A stretch of DNA of 64,000 nt, taken from the IMG/VR virus record IMGVR_UViG_3300028586_000021, positions 1-64,000 of that record; one strand, given 5' to 3'. Source of the DNA: an uncultured virus (IMG/VR IMGVR_UViG_3300028586_000021) (Duplodnaviria; Heunggongvirae; Uroviricota; Caudoviricetes). Below the pieces are notes generated by a model. It was not told where the DNA came from, did no database searches, and was given only the letters and a program-made list of their open reading frames with translations. The translations under genes and the position numbers were made by a program. Positions 56,505 to 64,000 of the stretch are shown piece by piece; position 1 is the first letter of the stretch, and every line of letters starts with the position of its first letter.

Positions 56505-57257
56505 TTATCCAAACGCACAGACGTGTAGATCAGCTCGCTGATAGCACGTCTTTTGTTCGCCAGAACAAATACCAAAAATCCGATAGTGGCTCTCGCATAA
56601 ACTCCTATGTCATATAAGAGCTCTTACTAGGCCTTCTATCGGATTTGTCTCATGATGCATATCTCTGAACGACTCGCTGTCGCTCGTCAGAAGAGGTAAT
56701 TGCTGTCGCACTTCCCTCTTCTTTATTTCCCTATCGGGCTAGTTCTACTACCTATTGGTAGGGTATTCCTCGATCCTCGGGATACTATAGCGCTATTCAG
56801 CGCCAACCCCAAAAGTCTCAGCATCAGAAACTCTTGTTTTGGTTTCACTCTTCAGGATCAAATGTCGATCCAACCTGCCCAGGTACTGCTTTACCAGGAA
56901 TTCGAGTGTGTTTGCGGATACAGTGACGCATACCAAGTAGGACTATTAACCAAACAATTCGTCCTACTTCCGTTATCAATCTTGTGATAACATCTGGGGA
57001 ATTTATAAGCTTGAAGTCGTAAAATGCTTTTACGCTAGATAGTTTATAAAACCGAGCGGTCGCCATATGGACATTTGGGCGACTCTTCAAAACGACGATT
57101 ATGGTTCCTCTCGCGTTCTCGGGTTTGTTTATGGATTAGCAGCTCATATCCTGCACACCAACGGGCTGGTTAACGATTCACAGACCCCGAATAAATTTCT
57201 GACGTATGAGTGTAAACGAAAAAAGCGCACGACATTATATCGTGCGCTTTTGGGCAA
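56505..57257. ncRNA. Candidate large structured non-coding RNA (or structured DNA element)
   Basis: ~750 nt without a convincing ORF and with more than a dozen closely packed inverted repeats. Confidence 0.45.
57219..57251. terminator. Terminator for the minus-strand operon
   Basis: AAAAGCGCACGA...TCGTGCGCTTTT. Confidence 0.7.
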
Positions 57258-57503
57258 TTACATGCCTTGTTTGCGAGCTGCCTTCTTCAACTGCTTGTAA
57301 ACACCGCGTGCCGAATTCGGATTCACCATCAGGGTGCCTGGTAGGTACTTGATCTGTGGTGGGTTCTCGAGCACGCCTTCCTTAGCTTCAGGAGCAGCTT
57401 CAATGACGAAGCGCTTCGAGTTGCCTAGGTACTTGGTGCTGAATGCTTCGGTTGCCATGGTGGCAGCTAGTTTACGTAGTTTCTTTGCGGTTTTGGAGTT
57501 CAT
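57258..57503 (-). CDS. Small basic hypothetical protein
   Basis: MNSKTAKKLRKLA...RGVYKQLKK. Confidence 0.7.
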   Translation of the reverse strand: MNSKTAKKLRKLAATMATEAFSTKYLGNSKRFVIEAAPEAKEGVLENPPQIKYLPGTLMVNPNSARGVYKQLKKAARKQGM

Positions 57504-57649
57504 TTGAAAAGGTCTCTTTGTTATTTTTATATGTGAGTATGGGCGAATACATTTGCGTACTCAACCCCATGAAACGAACCACAGACATTGCATCTTGATT
57601 CTTTGTTTCATGGTGATGAATTATACACCGCTTTCCGTCAAGGGACGAT

Positions 57650-58183
57650 TTATTTCATCCAAAAATCTGCGTGTTTGATTAGGTCCTCAAAGTGGCAGAC
57701 TTTGATCCCTTCCAAGATCGTAATGTGCTTCACATCCTCTGGTAGGACGATGTCAGGCTCAACAGCAGCGTAGATAGGAGTGTTGTTGAATTTGAAGATA
57801 AGGATACCACGCTTATCCACTTTAGCAGCATCTGTCGCCGCCTCTCGCATCCAGGAGTAGATGTGTGACGTACCAAACAGAGCTTCCATACGTTCGGCTT
57901 CTTTGTAGAACTTGCACTCAACGACGAAGTTGAATCGTGGATTACCATCAACACACTCGTTGGTTGGTACAACGTCTCCGGTGAACAGAGCGAGAGTGAG
58001 CTTGCTATAGTCGCCCGCTGTTTTCGCATTCATCCCGCCGACGATTGCGCCTGACATTTGACTCTTCTTGAATTTGAGTGGTGCTAGAGCTGCGGTTAGA
58101 ATCTTGCTAACCTTCAGTTCAAATGCACCACCCTTTGCTTTGCCGTTAACCTTCTTCTTTACGGTCTTCTTTTCTTCGGTCAT
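57650..58183 (-). CDS. Holliday junction resolvase (Hjc-like PD-(D/E)xK)
   Basis: GKAKGGAFE, SGA, GDV, VECK motifs. Confidence 0.8.
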   Translation of the reverse strand: MTEEKKTVKKKVNGKAKGGAFELKVSKILTAALAPLKFKKSQMSGAIVGGMNAKTAGDYSKLTLALFTGDVVPTNECVDGNPRFNFVVECKFYKEAERMEALFGTSHIYSWMREAATDAAKVDKRGILIFKFNNTPIYAAVEPDIVLPEDVKHITILEGIKVCHFEDLIKHADFWMK

Positions 58184-58637
58184 GATCCTTCAGTTCCTGA
58201 CAATACTCTTGTACTATCACGATTTCAGGAAGAGCAACACTGATGTCCTTCAAAATGCTCACGTCGTAATCACCAATGTCATACGAGAGAGTAATGTGAG
58301 GAATGTAGGTTGGGAAGTCGTGTGAAGCGCCCTCCCAATTCCTTAGAAAATTATGTCGTCCAATTGCTTCTGGACAATCAATCTTTAGGACCAAACAGTT
58401 CGTGCCACTCTTAGTGCTGAATACGTCAAAGCCAATAGGCCTTGCAATCCAACCAGGAGTAATGTCACGCTGCTTTGGTACATTGGGTAGGTGTTTGCGG
58501 CTATACGCGATTGTGCTGTGATACTCGGCTTGATCAATCAGGTTTGGAACCGCATTAGCAACTCCAAACCCAACCAACTTAGCAACGGTCTCTTCATGAA
58601 ATCTAACAGCGACAAAAGTTCCGTTGTTATGTTTCAT
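58146..58637 (-). CDS. acb1: 2H phosphodiesterase, anti-CBASS Acb1 / T4 gp57B-like
   Basis: GTFVAVRF, HSTIAYSR and HDFPTYIPHITLSYD (two HxT motifs). Confidence 0.85.
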   Translation of the reverse strand: MKHNNGTFVAVRFHEETVAKLVGFGVANAVPNLIDQAEYHSTIAYSRKHLPNVPKQRDITPGWIARPIGFDVFSTKSGTNCLVLKIDCPEAIGRHNFLRNWEGASHDFPTYIPHITLSYDIGDYDVSILKDISVALPEIVIVQEYCQELKDHDRRKEDRKEEG

Positions 58638-58642
58638 GGTAT

Positions 58643-60388
58643 TTATACAACCTCAATTCGATCAATTGCGCTGAATCCATTCTCGAAGCGAACAGTCATC
58701 TCACGATCAAAACGACCAATACACTCTGGACGGTGACTGATCACCCAAATGCCTAGGTTGTTTTCTTGTGAGGCCTTCAACTTCACCGAACGAATAATAG
58801 CTTCGACGCCAGGAGCATCCATCGCACCAGCATCCACCTCATCGACGACCAGAATGTTCACACCAGTATGTAGGTGCTGAAGCATGTCGCGGAACGCCAT
58901 GGACAGGGCTAAGTTCAGGCGCTTCTTCTCGCCACCCGATAGATTACCGTAGTCCAACTCACGACCGAACTCTGAGATGGTGCAGGACATGTCAGGATTG
59001 AACGTGACCATATGAGTCAAGCCCAATGTCTTAGCATGGTAGTGAATCTGCTTATTCAGGAACGGAACAGACTTATTGATGATCTTCTTACGAATGAACG
59101 AATTCTTATCGACCAACAGTTTGAGCAAGAACTTCTGATGCTCAAGGTCCGACTTCATCTGATCAAGCTTCGAGTAATCGACAACCACTTCAGCTTCGTT
59201 GAGCAACTGCTCAAACGCTTCCAAGTGTGGGTTAGTACTTGACTCAACGCCCTTGATTTGAACTTGAACACCCGCTGCGTTTGCCTTGTCGTTGAGCAAA
59301 GCATTCATATTGGGGTAAATCAATTGGCGAGCAATTTCAGCGCGTTGCGATTCTGCCTCATCAAATTTCGTTTGATTCTCATCGCGAATCACTTGGAACT
59401 CTGCAACCTCATTCGTCAGCGAGGTGACTTGGGATTCGAGTTCTTCAATCTTCGCTTGAGTGTCGTTGAACTTCTGTAGGCAGTATGGGCACTTTGCGTC
59501 ACGAAGATGAACTAACTCTTCAGTGGCCTTTTTGATCTTCGATTCACGAGCTTTGATCTGAGTATTTGACTCAGTGACCATAGCACGATAATCGCGTTGC
59601 ACTGCAACGATATGATCATTCTGGCGATGCAACTCTTCTTGGGCATCAAAGTCAATAGCGGAAATCTTTTCAGCATGAGCCTTCAACGTCGCAATGCGAG
59701 TTTCCTTATCGGTCTCCCACTTGAGAATACGAGCTTCAGCATCCTTGATATGTTTCGCATGGAGTGCTTTAGCTTTCTCCTGTTGCTCACATAACGTTTG
59801 CTGAACTGCAATGTCCTTCTCAAGGTTCTGATTCATCTGCTTGAGGTTGACTGCCTTCTCCGACAGCTTCGTGATCTTGAACATCTCTTCGATGATCGTA
59901 CGCTGTTGCGCAAGCGACATATCGAAGAACGGTTGATCACCGCCAAGGAAGACAACGGTACGTCGGAACAATTCGAAGCTGATGCCAATGATTTCGACGA
60001 GGGCCTTGTTGACGTTTTCGATCGAGTCAGGAGTCTTGTCCTCACCATTGATCAGCAACTTGGTTTCGTAGTCGGCACCGCGTGAGCGAATGATCTTGTA
60101 ATCGATGCCATTGACCTCGAAGGTCAATGTCACGACCATGCTCGTGTTCTTCGCGTTATTCGTGGTATTGATCAAACGTTCCTTACTGATTTTCTCAAGT
60201 GGAACGTTGTAGAGTGCGTAGCAGATTGCGTTCGCGATTGTGGTCTTACCCACACCGTTAGCACCACCTTTGTCGATGTTCTCGCCAAGGATAAGTGTGG
60301 TGCCAACTGCTGAAAGGTCCACGACTTCAGTTTTGTTACCGAAGCCGAGGAAGTTTCTAATGGTTAATTCTTTTAGTTTTAGTGACAT
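58643..60388 (-). CDS. gp46: Recombination endonuclease subunit, SbcC/Rad50-like ATPase
   Basis: NGVGKTT, CPYC zinc hook, LSGGE signature, VDE, ISH. Confidence 0.95.
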   Translation of the reverse strand: MSLKLKELTIRNFLGFGNKTEVVDLSAVGTTLILGENIDKGGANGVGKTTIANAICYALYNVPLEKISKERLINTTNNAKNTSMVVTLTFEVNGIDYKIIRSRGADYETKLLINGEDKTPDSIENVNKALVEIIGISFELFRRTVVFLGGDQPFFDMSLAQQRTIIEEMFKITKLSEKAVNLKQMNQNLEKDIAVQQTLCEQQEKAKALHAKHIKDAEARILKWETDKETRIATLKAHAEKISAIDFDAQEELHRQNDHIVAVQRDYRAMVTESNTQIKARESKIKKATEELVHLRDAKCPYCLQKFNDTQAKIEELESQVTSLTNEVAEFQVIRDENQTKFDEAESQRAEIARQLIYPNMNALLNDKANAAGVQVQIKGVESSTNPHLEAFEQLLNEAEVVVDYSKLDQMKSDLEHQKFLLKLLVDKNSFIRKKIINKSVPFLNKQIHYHAKTLGLTHMVTFNPDMSCTISEFGRELDYGNLSGGEKKRLNLALSMAFRDMLQHLHTGVNILVVDEVDAGAMDAPGVEAIIRSVKLKASQENNLGIWVISHRPECIGRFDREMTVRFENGFSAIDRIEVV

Positions 60389-61425
60389 TAGAGTTGTTTG
60401 TAAAGTTCGACTAGTTTGTTGTTATCTATCGACTTAATTTCCGATAGATCGAGCAGCGAGGCCACGACAATTTCATCGATCGATTTCGACTCATTGACTT
60501 CAGCATCAGACACCGTATTTTCAAGGGCGTCTTTCTTCTCCGCATAGTTCTCTTCTAGTTTGAACTCACGAAACTTATACGTATCCTTCAATGTCTCCTT
60601 GATGACTTGAGCTTCTGAGTAGCTGATCTCGATATCGTTGACACAAACAACGCGCATACGTTCGCTTGGTGGCAATTGCCATTCGTCGGATAGAGCTTTA
60701 CTCAACGTGGTTTTTAGGTACGTTGGGCCATCAGTCCAATCTTTGAAGTCGACAGTGTCGGTATCATGATCATAGATCATCATGCCGCGAGCAGTATCAC
60801 CAGCGTCACCAAAGTCCATAGGGAACGTATTGCCGATGTAGACAATATTGTCTTGGGCTTGGCGCTTATGGAAGTGACCAGAGAAAATCTGCTTTTGATT
60901 CTTGAAGAGCTTATGGTCGGGACCATGCTCGAGAACCATGTTGTAGCCAGTGATCATGAAGCCACGGAATTCAAAGTGGCCTGCAAATACGGGGATGTTG
61001 CTGTACTTCGCTAGACCCGCATATTCGTGTGGGAAGAGGAACGGCGAGAACATAATCTTGTCCTCAACGACAATCGGCTCACTGACCAAATTGATGTTGG
61101 TGAATTCACCAAACACTTCGGTGGAGAAGATTTCACGAGTTGAACGTCGGTGTAGATCGTGGTTGCCGACTACGAAATAAATCGGCAGACCTAGTGAGTT
61201 CAGACTACGTAGGGCCTTATAGGCCATCGTGAGGGTGAGGATGTTGATTTGTGCACGATTTTCAAAGAAGTCGCCTAGGAAAGCAACGTACGTAATGGAC
61301 GGGTCCTTACGTACTTGCTCACAAAACCATTCGATGAAATCGACACAATCCTGATTATGTACAACGTCGGAGTTCCTACGACCGAAGTGAATATCGGTGA
61401 AGTACGCACCTTTTTTGATAGTCAT
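60388..61425 (-). CDS. gp47: Recombination endonuclease subunit, SbcD/Mre11-like nuclease
   Basis: DIHFG, LGDFF, GNHD, GHFE, SGHFH. Confidence 0.95.
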   Translation of the reverse strand: MTIKKGAYFTDIHFGRRNSDVVHNQDCVDFIEWFCEQVRKDPSITYVAFLGDFFENRAQINILTLTMAYKALRSLNSLGLPIYFVVGNHDLHRRSTREIFSTEVFGEFTNINLVSEPIVVEDKIMFSPFLFPHEYAGLAKYSNIPVFAGHFEFRGFMITGYNMVLEHGPDHKLFKNQKQIFSGHFHKRQAQDNIVYIGNTFPMDFGDAGDTARGMMIYDHDTDTVDFKDWTDGPTYLKTTLSKALSDEWQLPPSERMRVVCVNDIEISYSEAQVIKETLKDTYKFREFKLEENYAEKKDALENTVSDAEVNESKSIDEIVVASLLDLSEIKSIDNNKLVELYKQL

Positions 61426-61450
61426 TATTGTGCGTTACCTAAGTTGTGTT

Positions 61451-62152
61451 TTAGAAAGTTAGAAGCGAATTAACGATCTTCTCTTTCTTTTCTTTTTGCT
61501 CTTGACGCTTCGATTTCTTTAGCTTGGCTTCATCCACTTTCTTTTTGTATGGATTTGATTCTGGTACACGACCAGAATCGCCAGCTGAAGAGTAGTTGAT
61601 GTCATCCGAATTACGATTGGATTCCATGAACGAGTACGAAGCATCTTGGCCAGCTTCAGTTAGCAATGTATCGCGAATGAAGCGTTCCTTCTTCTCGTCC
61701 AACATGTACTGCAAGAAAGAATTCTTAATTGAAGTAGTGTAGAACGCGAACGGGTTCGATGATTTTTCTGGATTGAACTTGAGAGCGTTTTGGACTAGGT
61801 TAACCAGCGCAGCTGATACCATGTCCTCGCGGAAGGAGTAACCGTTGAAATTTGCTTTACGCGAATAACGATCGGTAAGCAACATTAGCATGCGTGCTAA
61901 TTTGTCGGTCATTTTACCACGCTCTTTTGCTTCAAGGACGGCAGGGAGCAGGTCAGCGTTCGTTAAATAATATTTCGGAACACGTTTCTTAGGCATGATG
62001 AATGCGGGAACTTCCGCTTCGCCAAAGAGTTGTTCAGGAGAAGTGATGTCCGGAAAAGTGACTGGGCCTGATTTACCGGTTGAGCGTGGTGCAGGAGTTA
62101 CATCGAACTCTGCTGGGATAGTAGTGATTGGAGTGAATGCTTCTTTAGACAT
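61451..62152 (-). CDS. gp55: Late transcription sigma factor
   Basis: YLTN..L, NF.GYSFREDM, F.PEKS.NPFAFYT. Confidence 0.88.
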   Translation of the reverse strand: MSKEAFTPITTIPAEFDVTPAPRSTGKSGPVTFPDITSPEQLFGEAEVPAFIMPKKRVPKYYLTNADLLPAVLEAKERGKMTDKLARMLMLLTDRYSRKANFNGYSFREDMVSAALVNLVQNALKFNPEKSSNPFAFYTTSIKNSFLQYMLDEKKERFIRDTLLTEAGQDASYSFMESNRNSDDINYSSAGDSGRVPESNPYKKKVDEAKLKKSKRQEQKEKKEKIVNSLLTF

Positions 62153-62268
62153 GATGGGATTTAATCCTCTTATTATGTTAGAGATTATACTTCAAGGTGC
62201 AACGAAGCAGTCGTCCTTGCAGCTGTAAAACTGCGACGACAGGTACAAAAATTGCAATTAGAAAAATC

Positions 62269-62285
62269 AATAAATAATATTTATA
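62269..62285. promoter_or_regulatory. Paired late promoters on opposite strands (AATAAATA-A-TATTTATA)
   Basis: Same architecture as at 25549, between divergent genes. Confidence 0.55.
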
Positions 62286-62301
62286 GCCCTGAGAATCTCA
62301 C

Positions 62302-62958
62302 ATGCCAGTCAAGATCATCCTAGAAAAACGAGGTAAAGAAATTCCTCCCAAACAAAATAAGACCGCTGTTATCGTAGTTGGTCGTTTCCAACCACCTACA
62401 CTCGGCCACGCAACACTAATCAATGCGGCCAAGAAGGCGTGGCGCGATGGTAAGTATGACGCTGTCATCGTTTTCATCGTTGCTGGTAAAGAATCGAGCA
62501 AGGATAAAAAGCGCAACCCGCTATCCGGTGAATCACGTCAGTACTACCTCGAACACTCATCATACAGCAAAGGCCTACGCTTCGCGGTTGTTGGCAGCGC
62601 ATTTGACGCATTTATCAAGTGTCGCGAACTCGGCTACGAGCCAATGGCGGTTGTCGGTGGCAAGTTCGTTGAAGGTGAGAAAGAAGAAAATCGTGCTGAA
62701 GGCTACAAAAATCTTCTAGACAAATACTTCAAAGACGAGAACGACGAACCAATCGAACACAAAGCAATCGTTTTGGAACGCAATCAACACTCTGATGGTG
62801 TTGCTGGCATTAGTGGCTCCACCGTTCGCGCTGCGGTCCTAGCCGACCGTTACGACGACTTCAGAGACATGGTTGCTGTAACGTCAGAAAAAGTTGCCAA
62901 GAAGATGTACGCTGAACTGAAGGACGCACTCACTAAGAAGGAAGAGAAGGAAGAATAA
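62302..62958 (+). CDS. Cytidyltransferase-like (HIGH/Rossmann nucleotidyltransferase) protein
   Basis: GRFQPPTLGH, NPL, GISGSTVR. Confidence 0.85.
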   Translation: MPVKIILEKRGKEIPPKQNKTAVIVVGRFQPPTLGHATLINAAKKAWRDGKYDAVIVFIVAGKESSKDKKRNPLSGESRQYYLEHSSYSKGLRFAVVGSAFDAFIKCRELGYEPMAVVGGKFVEGEKEENRAEGYKNLLDKYFKDENDEPIEHKAIVLERNQHSDGVAGISGSTVRAAVLADRYDDFRDMVAVTSEKVAKKMYAELKDALTKKEEKEE

Positions 62959-64000
62959 TGGGTACCCCTCAAGAAAACCTTGCGGCTGGAAAAGCTGAGC
63001 TTGAGAGATTAAAAACTCAAGCTGGCACCTCGATGGCTGAATACAAGTTCCTAAAAGAACAAGGCAAATGGAACGAAAGCGCAGCAGCTGCGGCCGTCGC
63101 CATGAAGCCACGAGTTCAGGCCGAGCTTACTGCGTACGAAAAGAAAGAGATTGAAGTTGAAGAAGTACTTCAGCCAGCAGCCGATGCGGCCGAAGAAGCA
63201 GCTTCAAACGCAGCTAAAAGTCAAACGCTGAACGCAGCTGAAACTCTCAAGAACATTAAGGATGTTCCTGGCGTTGCGGGAGCCAAGATTCTCACGGTCC
63301 AATCTGATGGTCTATTTGCTGATGGTGCCTTGCCAGGTGCGGCAGCAAGTGGGATCGCATCTGCGCAACAGACCGCATCCGAAGTTGCGCGAGACGTTGG
63401 TGGCTCCGGTGTTGCCAATACTGTTACGCCAGAAGTTGGTGGCAATCGCTTGATCAAAGCTGGCCATACGACTGAAGACTTCAAAATGAAGCTTCGCTCT
63501 AAGCAAACAGGCTTTACGATCGTATTCGATGTGACTCCATCCATCGACGAATCTCGTTCAGCGAACTATGAACACATCACGCCTGTACACCATCCAGGAA
63601 CGATTCAGGTGTACAAGAACACTGAGGCTAGACAATTCAACATCACCGTTAAATTGATTGCCCGTACGGCCGCAGAAGCGTCCATGAATGTGAAGTACAT
63701 CAATGCGATCCGTTCATGGGTCATGCCATACTACGGTCAAGGTACCGCAAACAGTTCAGAGTCAAATCGTCTTGGCGCGCCACCGGACATTCTTGTCTTT
63801 GATGTGTATGGTGACAAAAACATTTCAGCGTTGCCTGTTGTACTGACAAGCTACCACTGGGTGTATCCGGATATAGTGGACTTCATCCCGACTGAGGATG
63901 GCATTCCATTCCCAACCATCATGGATATTTCACTGTCACTGATTGAGTCATATTCGCCAGAAGAATATACGAACTTCGACATTACGGCATACCGTACTGG
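62958..64000 (+). CDS. Baseplate/tail-tube initiator-like protein (gp48/gp54-like), truncated by the window end
   Basis: Open frame from ATG 62958; VFDVTP...ANY...YKNT...LGAPP...PVVLTSY...P.IM.ISL.L.E. Confidence 0.65.
   Translation, partial: MGTPQENLAAGKAELERLKTQAGTSMAEYKFLKEQGKWNESAAAAAVAMKPRVQAELTAYEKKEIEVEEVLQPAADAAEEAASNAAKSQTLNAAETLKNIKDVPGVAGAKILTVQSDGLFADGALPGAAASGIASAQQTASEVARDVGGSGVANTVTPEVGGNRLIKAGHTTEDFKMKLRSKQTGFTIVFDVTPSIDESRSANYEHITPVHHPGTIQVYKNTEARQFNITVKLIARTAAEASMNVKYINAIRSWVMPYYGQGTANSSESNRLGAPPDILVFDVYGDKNISALPVVLTSYHWVYPDIVDFIPTEDGIPFPTIMDISLSLIESYSPEEYTNFDITAYRT

Noticed and set aside
57150..57190. tmRNA-like GGGG start on the minus strand
   Set aside because: No matching T-arm or CCA-ending acceptor stem was found
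56700..57300. Short ORFs in the structured region (56700-56987 +, 56845-57090 -, 57067-57300 +)
   Set aside because: Mutually overlapping, no clear RBS, atypical composition; cannot be fully excluded without a homology search
1..64000. Alternative genetic code (TAG/TGA reassignment), prompted by abundant plus-strand TAG
   Set aside because: Those TAGs are reverse complements of CTA Leu codons; core genes are full length in code 11 and some genes end in TAG (8140, 44123)

Overview
This window is a 64-kb segment of a large (probably jumbo) T4-related myophage genome read in the standard genetic code. It holds: (i) replication and accessory genes (gp44/gp62-like clamp loader, a miniature DnaE-like protein, two Pol-beta-type nucleotidyltransferases) and a host-like FG-GAP lipoprotein; (ii) a minus-strand cluster of three twitch-domain radical SAM enzymes, three glycosyltransferase-like proteins and an SGNH-like protein, directly downstream of tail genes; (iii) tail and neck genes (tube, sheath, gp15, gp14- and gp13-like); (iv) early islands driven by a repeated TGTACA-N17-TATAAT-like promoter, with H-NS, winged-helix proteins, RNA ligase 2, Thg1 and many small ORFs; (v) the head module (major capsid, scaffold, protease, portal), a probable tape measure and gp26/gp51-like genes; (vi) a Holliday junction resolvase, Acb1-like 2H phosphodiesterase, gp46/gp47, gp55 late sigma, a cytidyltransferase-like gene and a truncated baseplate/tube gene. 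The most notable signals are a ~750-nt hairpin-dense non-coding region (candidate large ncRNA), a candidate -1 frameshift fusing gp26- and gp51-like ORFs, the radical SAM/glycosyltransferase cluster, promoters embedded in inverted repeats, and a CTA-versus-CTG leucine codon split between late and early genes. All calls come from motif recognition by eye; no database searches were run. No tRNA, rRNA or CRISPR array was seen.
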